A DNA stretch of 64,000 nt from Gammaproteobacteria bacterium (GTDB lineage Bacteria > Pseudomonadota > Gammaproteobacteria > AKS1), in NCBI GenBank assembly GCA_027006175.1, contig JALTKS010000038.1, positions 24,080 to 88,079 on the forward strand, read 5' to 3'. The position numbers and the translations under genes are program-made. The notes below the pieces were generated by a model, which ran no database searches, was not told the DNA's origin, and saw nothing but the letters and a program-made list of their open reading frames with translations. Of the stretch, positions 1 through 8,023 are shown in pieces; position 1 is the stretch's first letter, and every line of letters begins with the position of its first letter.

Positions 1-659
1 CCGGCGGGTAATGTTGATACACGCACGTCAACTGCACGCCCGGCAACCCGTAATGAAATGCGTCCATCCTGGGGTAAGCGTTTTTCAGCAATATCGAGCT
101 TTGCCATTACCTTGATACGCGATACCAATAAGGGTGCAATCGCTCGTTGGGGTTCAAGAATTTCTCGTAACACACCATCAACACGCATACGGACAACAAG
201 GCGGTTTTCATAAGGCTCGATATGAATATCTGAAGCGTTCTCTTTAATCGCCTCTGTTAACAATGCATTAATCAAACGAATAATCGGTGCATCGTCTTCG
301 GTTTCCATGAGATCTTCAGGTTCAGCCAGATCCTGCGCGACACTCAACAAGTCATTATCTTCGATGTCGTCCATGATCGTCATCGCTTCACTTGAACCTT
401 GTTCATACTCACTTTGCAACAAGGCTTCAAACTGAGCATCGCTAATAAATTCGATACGTATCTTACATGCCAAATAACGGCGTATCTCAGCAAGGTTGAC
501 TGCTTTGACATCTTCACGGCAGATAACTTTCAATACGCCATTTTCTGTATCACCGAGTAACAAACCATGTCGCTTCGCATAACCAAAAGGGATCCGTTGT
601 GATGCTGATGCAGTCACATTCTCGTCTGCTTGATTATCGACTATTTCTAAATGCATCAT
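1..659 (-). CDS. gspE: Type II secretion ATPase GspE, N-terminal ~219 codons; the 3' end runs off the window
   Basis: Absent from the ORF track because no stop lies in the window. My hand translation of the minus strand from ATG-ATG at 659/656 reads MMHLEIVDNQ...EDDAPIIRLINALLTEAIKENASDIHIEPYENRLVVRMRVDGVLREI...RIKVMAKLDIAEKRLPQDGRISLRVAGRAVDVRVSTLPA. This is the typical GspE/PilB N-terminal region. It starts 4 nt after the gspD stop, giving gspC-gspD-gspE order. Confidence 0.85.
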   Translation of the reverse strand, partial: MMHLEIVDNQADENVTASASQRIPFGYAKRHGLLLGDTENGVLKVICREDVKAVNLAEIRRYLACKIRIEFISDAQFEALLQSEYEQGSSEAMTIMDDIEDNDLLSVAQDLAEPEDLMETEDDAPIIRLINALLTEAIKENASDIHIEPYENRLVVRMRVDGVLREILEPQRAIAPLLVSRIKVMAKLDIAEKRLPQDGRISLRVAGRAVDVRVSTLPA

Positions 660-662
660 TAT

Positions 663-2639
663 CTAGTTTGTTTGTGTTGCGTCAGTTTTATACGGTGGTG
701 GAATTTCAAGGTAAGAATCCAGTGTTGGCAATACCGGTGAGACACTGTCATCCAATAAATTAACGCCATCTTCTTTACCTTCTAACTGCTGTGCACGGAT
801 GTAATTATATTTATTACTTGAAAGAATTTTTTCTTTACCATCTTTCAAAATAACCGGATGCAAGAAAACCATTAAATTGGTTTTTAACTTGCGTGTAGTG
901 CGACTACGAAACAGATTTCCCAGTAACGGAATATCACCTAGCACCGGCACCTTAGACACGCCTTCGGTTAAATCATCTGAAATCAACCCACCCAATACAA
1001 TAATTTCACCATCCGCCACCATTACCGTGGTTTTAATTGAGCGTTTATTGGTAATAATATCGGCTGACGTAACATTGGTGTTGTCAGGAACGACACTGGA
1101 TGTTTCCTGTGTAATATCAAGTTTAACCGCATCACCTTCATTAATCTGTGGTTTCACTCTCAATGTTAAACCAACATCCTGACGTTGAATCGTTTGAAAC
1201 GGATTGGCCAAACCACCGGTTGTTTGTTGCGAGCCGGTCACAAACGGTACATTTTGACCCACAATAATTTCCGCTTCTTCATTATCCAACATCACCAAAT
1301 TAGGTGTAGAGAGTAAATTTGAATCATCATCAGATGCAATTGCACGCAACAACACGCCAAAGCGATTACTGCCACGTCCATCACCCGCGCCAATACTAAA
1401 TCCACCGCCCAGTGTCGTAATAGGTGCAGCACTTAAAGCAAGCGCAAGAACATTCGGTCCTGTCCCGGGAAATTCCGATGCCACCAAACCATTGCTGGAA
1501 TCAAGTGTACCAAACTGAACGCCTAATTCTGAACTCTTGGTAGATGATACTTCCGCGATGATCGCTTCGACTAACACTTGTGCTCGCCGTATATCTAACT
1601 GACGAATAACACCCTTTAATGAACGCATCACATCTGGCTGTGCAGTAATCACCAGCGCATTCGTATTCACATCTGCCTGAATGCTGATGTTTGATGCCGA
1701 CTTGCCTGCTGTCTTCGCCTTACCATTTGCCTTGGAGAAGTTACTGCTAACACTGGTTAAAACAGGCACCAGACTTGCTGCATCGGCATACTTTAAATAC
1801 ACCACTTGTGTACTGCCACCACCGCCGGTAGGTGCATCAAGGTGTGCAATTAATGCACGTAAACGTAAGCGCTCACCTTTATCGCCACCAAGCAAGATAC
1901 TGTTTGTCCGCTCATCGGCAACCAACATCGGTGAACGATTAGCTTGTTTACCTACACCACTGCTTTTCTTTAGAGCACCTAAAACACGAACCATTTCAGC
2001 CGCGGATGCATGCTGCAATGAAATAACTTCAACGTCATCATTACTTGGACGATCAATGCGTTTAATAAGCTGGATAATCCGTGCAATATTATCCGCACGG
2101 TCAGACACAATCAGGACATTCGATGATGGGAACGCCGCCATATGACCTTGCTGAGGAATCAATGGACGAAGGATAGGCACTAACTGCATGGCGTTCACAT
2201 AATCAACCATCACAACACGGGTTACCAGTTCATCACCCCGCCCTGGCGCACCTCTGCTCGCAGTACGAATGCTGCTTTGTTTTGCTGTTGAGTCAGGCAC
2301 AATTTTTACAACGCCATCGCCCGGTACGGCAGCAAAACCATGCACTTCCAAAATAGACAAGAAGGTTTGATACACCTCTTCGCGCGTAAGCGGTTGGTGC
2401 GAAATAATGGTCACCTTACCTTTAACACGAGGATCAACAATAAAGTTTTTACCGGTCTTGTCAGCAATCGTTGAGATCAAGGTATTAATGTCTGTGTTTT
2501 CCAGATTCAGCATGGTTGTTTCAGCATCAGTCATTGGCTCCGCCTGCAACACTGGCGATAACAATAACGCTGGCACTAACAGCACCATTGGCAACAAGTT
2601 TAATAAAGCATTCAACCTTGAAATGTATTTGTTCTGCAT
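663..2639 (-). CDS. gspD: Type II secretion system secretin GspD
   Basis: 658-aa ORF with an N-terminal signal peptide (...SPVLQA/EP). It has periplasmic N-domains and a C-terminal secretin core (VPVLGDIPLLGNLFRSRTT...NLMVFLHPVIL). It lies between gspC and gspE. Confidence 0.93.
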   Translation of the reverse strand: MQNKYISRLNALLNLLPMVLLVPALLLSPVLQAEPMTDAETTMLNLENTDINTLISTIADKTGKNFIVDPRVKGKVTIISHQPLTREEVYQTFLSILEVHGFAAVPGDGVVKIVPDSTAKQSSIRTASRGAPGRGDELVTRVVMVDYVNAMQLVPILRPLIPQQGHMAAFPSSNVLIVSDRADNIARIIQLIKRIDRPSNDDVEVISLQHASAAEMVRVLGALKKSSGVGKQANRSPMLVADERTNSILLGGDKGERLRLRALIAHLDAPTGGGGSTQVVYLKYADAASLVPVLTSVSSNFSKANGKAKTAGKSASNISIQADVNTNALVITAQPDVMRSLKGVIRQLDIRRAQVLVEAIIAEVSSTKSSELGVQFGTLDSSNGLVASEFPGTGPNVLALALSAAPITTLGGGFSIGAGDGRGSNRFGVLLRAIASDDDSNLLSTPNLVMLDNEEAEIIVGQNVPFVTGSQQTTGGLANPFQTIQRQDVGLTLRVKPQINEGDAVKLDITQETSSVVPDNTNVTSADIITNKRSIKTTVMVADGEIIVLGGLISDDLTEGVSKVPVLGDIPLLGNLFRSRTTRKLKTNLMVFLHPVILKDGKEKILSSNKYNYIRAQQLEGKEDGVNLLDDSVSPVLPTLDSYLEIPPPYKTDATQTN

Positions 2640-2775
2640 CCTACTTTCCCCGTTTACGTCTCCCTGCTACGGATAACAGAGGTGACGAAGCCGCCTACCT
2701 GTTCCATTCGGATCAAGTAACGGTTTGGTGTTTCAATTATTATCTTTTCTGCCGAGTGAATAATCACTCGATCAT

Positions 2776-3363
2776 TTATTGTGTTCCGAGTTCTTTACTC
2801 GTTAAAACTTTACGCCGCAGACTTAAATTTTCCATTCGTCCACGATACTCAAGTAAAATACGTTCACCGTATATTTCTTTCAGTATGGCACCACCTGGCA
2901 AGTTGTCACCTACACTGTACGATTTTTCTATTGCCCCCTGACCAGCAGCAATAAATGCCACGGCATTACGCACATCAGATGAGGCAATCACTCCTTTCAA
3001 AAGCAGGTTTAATTTCGTCTCGGGTGCGCCAGCACCACGTTGTGCAGTAGCACTCACATCTGCTTGTCCAAACAAATGACTGTTGGCGATCCCCTGAGCC
3101 ATTAAAATTGCTGACGATGGCGATACGCGATTAACGATTGACGGTGTCGAATGCGATTGTGCTACTGCGCCACTGTCATCATCCAGCATTTGCCAGATAA
3201 CACTCGCAATAGTTTGCGCAATGAGTGCCAGTAACAACAGGTTAACGAACCAAACAAGTCCCTGTTCTCCAACGCGACTGCTTATGTTGCTGATTATCGG
3301 AGCCATTTGCCGCCAATTCTTATATTTTTTAGTCAAAAAAATCCGGAATAAATCCGGATTCAA
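2776..3363 (-). CDS. gspC: Short GspC-like inner-membrane T2SS component (HR domain only)
   Basis: 195 aa with one TM segment (LVWFVNLLLLALIAQTIASVIW). This is followed by an HR/PilP-like segment (LLLKGVIASSDVRNAVAFIAAG...YSVGDNLPGGAILKEIYGERILLEYRGRMENLSL). It sits directly upstream of gspD, and no PDZ or coiled-coil tail is visible. Confidence 0.7.
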   Translation of the reverse strand: MNPDLFRIFLTKKYKNWRQMAPIISNISSRVGEQGLVWFVNLLLLALIAQTIASVIWQMLDDDSGAVAQSHSTPSIVNRVSPSSAILMAQGIANSHLFGQADVSATAQRGAGAPETKLNLLLKGVIASSDVRNAVAFIAAGQGAIEKSYSVGDNLPGGAILKEIYGERILLEYRGRMENLSLRRKVLTSKELGTQ

Positions 3364-3468
3364 TTTGTATGTACTTGATACTAGCAGCTTTTTAGAGCTT
3401 GGAAAATGGCTATTATGTAGTCAAAATGAGTTTTTTCAGGTAGGCATTTGGTATTATTGTTTGCCAAA

Positions 3469-4755
3469 TTAACGTCTATGTCGTTGACCTTGTTGAGGTT
3501 TTCCTCTTCCGCGTGACCCGCCACGATTTCCCTTATGATCTGGGCGCGGTTTACGCTGTATCCGAACCGGTGGCTGTAACTCATCTAAAAACAGGCTGGT
3601 ATCAACCTGCCCCACGGGCAAACGACTACCAATATATTCTTCAATATCCATCAAATTAAAGGCATAAGTCTCACAGGCAAAGCTAATGGCATCACCCGAT
3701 TCACCGGCACGCGCCGTACGGCCAATACGGTGAACATAATCTTCACTGTTATCCGGCAAGTCGTAATTGAAAACATGGCTCACGCCATCAATATGTAAGC
3801 CACGTGCGGCAACATCGGTCGCCACCAGCACTGGCAGCTCACCTTTTTTAAACTCTTCCAATAAACGCTGGCGTTTATTCTGAGGCACATCACCGGAAAG
3901 AATGCCGGCACGAATACCGTTGCTTTCCAAATAGCCCCAAATCTTTTCACCGGCACGCTTGGTATTCGCAAATACAATCGAGCGGCTTGGATCCATGTGT
4001 TTCATTAAGCCTATTAAAAAAGGGATTTTTTCATCATTAGCGGTATGGTAAACAATTTGTGAGACCTTATCAGCGGTCATTGTTTCGGCTTCAATCACCA
4101 CACTTTCTGGTGAATTCATGTGCTCGTAAGCCAGTTCCATCACACGATGCGATAAGGTCGCTGAAAACAACAGTCCCAGGCGTTTGCCCGGCTCTGGCAT
4201 ACGGCGCAGTAAATAACGAATATCTTTAATAAAGCCGAGATCGAACATGCGATCGGCCTCATCCAGCACAATAACTTCTGCTTCTTTCAAATTAAACACA
4301 TGCTGCTTAAAGTAATCGATAATACGACCTGGCGTACCAATTAAGATATCGCAGCCTTCTTCTATCGTCTTACGCTGTGTTTCATAGCCGGTTCCACCAT
4401 AGGCAAGCGCCAGCTTAAGACCGGTATGCTTGCCAAGTTGGACGGCATCTTTGTGAATTTGAATGGCTAATTCACGTGTCGGCGCCAACATTAAGGCACG
4501 AGGCTGATTCGGTTTTCTCGATGCTGAAGCAGGGTTTCTCAGCAAGCGTGTCATGGCTGCCAATAAAAAAGCCGCTGTTTTACCGGTACCGGTTTGGGCT
4601 TGTCCTGCTATGTCCTGACCCTTTAAAGCCAGTGGCAAGGTCTGTTCCTGAATCGGCGTACAGCGAGAAAAGCCAGCTTCTTCAAGACCTTGCAGCAGTT
4701 CTGCAGGTAGATCCAGCGATGAAAATAAGGTGTCTGTTAGATGTTTATCACTCAT
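3469..4755 (-). CDS. rhlB: DEAD-box ATP-dependent RNA helicase, RhlB-like
   Basis: 428 aa with a Q-motif region, [18 protein letters not shown] (DEAD), [13 protein letters not shown] and an Arg/Gly-rich C-terminal tail. It is divergent from trxA-rho, matching the E. coli rhlB-trxA-rho arrangement. Confidence 0.85.
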   Translation of the reverse strand: MSDKHLTDTLFSSLDLPAELLQGLEEAGFSRCTPIQEQTLPLALKGQDIAGQAQTGTGKTAAFLLAAMTRLLRNPASASRKPNQPRALMLAPTRELAIQIHKDAVQLGKHTGLKLALAYGGTGYETQRKTIEEGCDILIGTPGRIIDYFKQHVFNLKEAEVIVLDEADRMFDLGFIKDIRYLLRRMPEPGKRLGLLFSATLSHRVMELAYEHMNSPESVVIEAETMTADKVSQIVYHTANDEKIPFLIGLMKHMDPSRSIVFANTKRAGEKIWGYLESNGIRAGILSGDVPQNKRQRLLEEFKKGELPVLVATDVAARGLHIDGVSHVFNYDLPDNSEDYVHRIGRTARAGESGDAISFACETYAFNLMDIEEYIGSRLPVGQVDTSLFLDELQPPVRIQRKPRPDHKGNRGGSRGRGKPQQGQRHRR

Positions 4756-4902
4756 GGGGATGGCAGCATAACAGAATAGAGCGTTAATTGGGCTTGCATT
4801 ACGGATCTGATTAAGCTCAAATCTTACTTACCGAGAGAACATCCCGAACATATGTCCGATAAACTGGACTTAAATCATAAATTTTGAAGTGGAGGCTACA
4901 TT

Positions 4903-5229
4903 TTGAGCGAAAGCATCGTTCACGTCACAGATGACACATTTGAGGACGTTATTATCAAGGCTGAAGGTCCAGTCCTTGTCGATTATTGGGCAGATTGGTG
5001 TGGCCCGTGCAAGATGATTGCACCTATTCTGGAAGAAATTGCCGCGGAATACGCTGGCAAAGTCACTATTGCAAAACTCAATATTGACGAAAACCCAGGA
5101 ACAGCACCTAAATACGGTATTCGCGGCATTCCTACCTTGATGATTTTCAAGGCAGGCAACGTTGAAGCCACCAAAGTCGGAGCCGTTTCCAAGTCTCAGC
5201 TGACCGCCTTTATCGATAGCAATATCTAG
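4903..5229 (+). CDS. trxA: Thioredoxin 1
   Basis: 108 aa with a WCGPCK active site, full-length similarity to E. coli TrxA ([16 protein letters not shown]...), and a TTG start 7 nt after a GGAGG at 4891-4895. Confidence 0.95.
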   Translation: MSESIVHVTDDTFEDVIIKAEGPVLVDYWADWCGPCKMIAPILEEIAAEYAGKVTIAKLNIDENPGTAPKYGIRGIPTLMIFKAGNVEATKVGAVSKSQLTAFIDSNI

Positions 5230-5232
5230 TAC

Positions 5233-5270
5233 AATGGCTGCGTTCATGTTTCTGGACGCAGCCATTTTTT
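5233..5270 (+). terminator. Rho-independent terminator after trxA
   Basis: AATGGCTGCGT (5233-5243) pairs with ACGCAGCCATT (5256-5266) around a 12-nt loop. The T-run (5265-5270) overlaps the last two stem bases. Confidence 0.75.
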
Positions 5271-5454
5271 GATGTTAGGGTTGCTTTAACTAGGAAGTCA
5301 GTAGACCTTCCGTAGAACAAATTCGAAAATTTAAATCCAAACTTAAATAAAGCCCATTTAAAAACAACACGTCTGGGTATGGCGTGCACAGTCTTTTCAG
5401 ACAAACCGCTCAAGACCCTTACATTCTCACAATTAAACCATACGAATCTATACT

Positions 5455-6711
5455 ATGAATCTAACCGAACTGAAACAAAAACCCGCCGCCGCACTGGTAA
5501 AACTCGCTCAAGAAATGAAAATCGAAGGAATGGCTCGCTCTCGCAAGCAAGACATTATCTTTGCCATTCTTAAAGCACACGCCAAAAAAGGCGAAGACAT
5601 CCACGGTGACGGCGTACTGGAAATTTTACAAGATGGCTTCGGCTTCTTACGTTCAGCGCAGGGTTCTTACCTTGCCGGCCCGGATGACATTTATGTCTCA
5701 CCCAGCCAGATTCGTCGTTTCAGTTTACGTACCGGTGATACCATTTCCGGTAAAATTCGCCCACCGAAAGATGGCGAACGTTATTTTGCATTATTAAAAG
5801 TTCAGGAAATTAATTTCGACTCCCCTGAAAATGCCAAGAACAAAGTCCTGTTTTCAAACTTAACGCCGCTGCATGCCAACGAACGTATCGTGCTGGAAAT
5901 CGGAAACGGCAGCACCGAAGACATCACTGCACGTATTATTGATTTAGCCTCACCGATTGGTAAAGGTCAGCGTGGTTTGATTGTTTCACCACCGAAAGCC
6001 GGTAAAACAATGATGCTGATGAACATCGCACAATCCATCACGCATTCCTGCCCTGATTGTCATTTAATTGTATTGCTCATTGATGAACGTCCTGAAGAAG
6101 TCACCGAAATGGAACGCTCGGTGCGTGGTGAGGTGGTGTCATCTACCTTTGATGAACCCGCCAGCCGTCATGTACAGGTTGCCGAAATGGTGATTGAAAA
6201 AGCCAAGCGTTTAGTTGAACACAAAAAAGACGTCGTAATCTTACTTGACTCTATTACTCGTTTAGCACGTGCCTACAACACCGTTGTGCCGTCATCCGGT
6301 AAAGTACTCACCGGTGGTGTTGATGCCAACGCCCTGCAACGCCCAAAACGTTTCTTCGGTGCGGCGCGTAATATTGAAGAAGGTGGCTCACTCACCATTC
6401 TTGCTACCGCGCTGGTTGAAACCGGTTCTCGTATGGATGATGTGATCTACGAAGAATTCAAAGGTACCGGTAACATGGAATTACATCTGGATCGCGGTAT
6501 CGCTGAAAAACGTATTTACCCCGCCATTAACGTTAACCGCTCTGGCACACGCCGTGAAGAATTGTTAACGAAACCAGACGAACTCCAAAAAATGTGGATC
6601 CTGCGCAAGTTACTCCACCCAATGGATGAACTCGCCGCGATGGAATTATTACTCGACAAAATGAAAGCAACCAAGAACAATGCTGAGTTCTTTGATTCGA
6701 TGAAACGTTAA
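5455..6711 (+). CDS. rho: Transcription termination factor Rho
   Basis: 418 aa with an N-terminal MNLTELK...LAQEM..., RNA-binding domain motifs (GFGFLR), Walker A PPKAGKT and full-length Rho-like sequence. It lies downstream of trxA. Confidence 0.97.
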   Translation: MNLTELKQKPAAALVKLAQEMKIEGMARSRKQDIIFAILKAHAKKGEDIHGDGVLEILQDGFGFLRSAQGSYLAGPDDIYVSPSQIRRFSLRTGDTISGKIRPPKDGERYFALLKVQEINFDSPENAKNKVLFSNLTPLHANERIVLEIGNGSTEDITARIIDLASPIGKGQRGLIVSPPKAGKTMMLMNIAQSITHSCPDCHLIVLLIDERPEEVTEMERSVRGEVVSSTFDEPASRHVQVAEMVIEKAKRLVEHKKDVVILLDSITRLARAYNTVVPSSGKVLTGGVDANALQRPKRFFGAARNIEEGGSLTILATALVETGSRMDDVIYEEFKGTGNMELHLDRGIAEKRIYPAINVNRSGTRREELLTKPDELQKMWILRKLLHPMDELAAMELLLDKMKATKNNAEFFDSMKR

Positions 6712-6870
6712 AACTGATTCATCCCAATGCTTTTTAAAAGCACTGCCAGTGTTGGTGGGGCTTGTTTTATTATTGCAACGATTAAACCCGTTAAAATAAT
6801 AAATTATTATTAAAGTCCCTATATTTTCTGTTAAGTTGTTGATACTGTTATCATAACAAAATTATTATCC

Positions 6871-6902
6871 CCTAAATGTCGTTTTTAAATGCGACATTTA
6901 GG
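6871..6902. other. 11-bp perfect inverted repeat (hairpin) in an AT-rich spacer
   Basis: CCTAAATGTCG (6871-6881) pairs with CGACATTTAGG (6892-6902) around a 10-nt loop. Flanking imperfect complementarity (TTATTATCCC / GGGATGATAATA) extends the stem. There is no adjacent U-run, so it is not a canonical terminator. Confidence 0.5.
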
Positions 6903-7274
6903 TATGGGATGATAATAGTAATGAGACAATAAAGAAAAGACAAAAAACGAAAAAATTTTAATATTGTTAGTAACTTACGTCAAATAACGCAAAAAACCAA
7001 TTATAGACTTTTTTGCCTCTTAAATCGATTAATCCAACTCAGCCTGATGTTAGGTCTACTACATATAGTTAAATGCTTTTCGGTTTGGGTATAATTACTC
7101 TATTAGCAAATACAATACTGTTTATGTTCGCTTTGTTGGGGTACATATCCACTGAAATACATGTTCGAAAAGTAGAAGATCCATACTTTAAAAATGCACG
7201 GTAAAAGTTATGAAAACTATATACACACTTCTGATCGGTATGTTCCAAAATAAAATCATAACCTGGAAATTACT

Positions 7275-7634
7275 ATGAGAAACATACTATTAACAGCAAT
7301 TGTATTTAATCTTTTCACCACATCAGCATATGCTGTCGATCTTTCTAAGATGGAAGCAAGTCAGTTAGGTACCAGACTCATTAATGTCCGTGTCTGCCGA
7401 GATATAGCTTCACTATTTGGTATACAAACGATGCTAGCAAGAAATTTATTCAATAAGTACGATAAACATGCGACTTTATATTTATCAAAGCTTCGTTATG
7501 GTGATAAACGTAACAAGGAAATAATAAAAGCAATGGAGAAAACAGCTTTTCAAAGGATGAGCTCCACCGGAATTGATAACTGGAAGAATATTTGTCTCCC
7601 TATTTTTAATAGTAAAAATAATGATTACCTTTAG
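7275..7634 (+). CDS. Hypothetical small secreted protein (orphan, low GC)
   Basis: 119-aa ORF with a plausible Sec signal peptide (MRNILLTAIVFNLFTTSAYA/VD). I recognise no motif. It lies inside an AT-rich islet and converges on the end of the cbb operon. Confidence 0.55.
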   Translation: MRNILLTAIVFNLFTTSAYAVDLSKMEASQLGTRLINVRVCRDIASLFGIQTMLARNLFNKYDKHATLYLSKLRYGDKRNKEIIKAMEKTAFQRMSSTGIDNWKNICLPIFNSKNNDYL

Positions 7635-7651
7635 ATCACGATGTCTAACAG

Positions 7652-8017
7652 CTATTGCTCTGATTCATGCAACAGAACCTCTAATTCATTACCCATGTGT
7701 TCCAAAACCTTATCTTTTATAAGGTGCGCCAAGTAATGATATGTATTAACTCGACATGTAACCGGTGTATGTAAACTGCTACGCCCGCTATCCTGAAATT
7801 CCAGCCATGCCAGTATTGGCAGGTCATATTGGTTTTCATCTACCACTACCCAACAGTCTTCTTCAACAATCAGGCGCATTTGTTTCATGCCCTGCAACTC
7901 AATCCGCAACGGTAGCGCCAGATGCAACTTTGCTCTGCGCCAGACGTTATACAAACTTGCCGCAACTTCTCCGTCACAGCTCGCATACACCGGCATATCG
8001 TGAATGCGGGTTGTCAT
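7652..8017 (-). CDS. Hypothetical protein, last gene of the cbb operon (orf121)
   Basis: 121-aa ORF whose ATG (8015-8017) lies 6 nt after the cbbO stop (8024-8026). It is on the same strand with GC content like the operon. No family is recognised. Confidence 0.6.
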   Translation of the reverse strand: MTTRIHDMPVYASCDGEVAASLYNVWRRAKLHLALPLRIELQGMKQMRLIVEEDCWVVVDENQYDLPILAWLEFQDSGRSSLHTPVTCRVNTYHYLAHLIKDKVLEHMGNELEVLLHESEQ

Positions 8018-8023
8018 GCTTGC

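Noticed and set aside
1681-2145. 154-aa plus-strand ORF inside gspD. Other long nested or antisense ORFs are of the same kind: 877-1182, 2407-2941, 4870-5265, 7765-8202, 40725-41162, 55965-56366, 62026-62433 and 46739-47104.
   Set aside because: All lie entirely within, and antisense or out of frame to, genes with unmistakable conserved protein signatures. Their translations are low-complexity or biased (Ser/Leu/Arg/Pro-rich) as expected for shadow frames, and there are no SD or start contexts.
3381-3584. 67-aa minus-strand ORF overlapping the 3' end of rhlB and the gspC-rhlB spacer.
   Set aside because: It overlaps the Arg-rich RhlB tail out of frame and has no start context or recognisable sequence.
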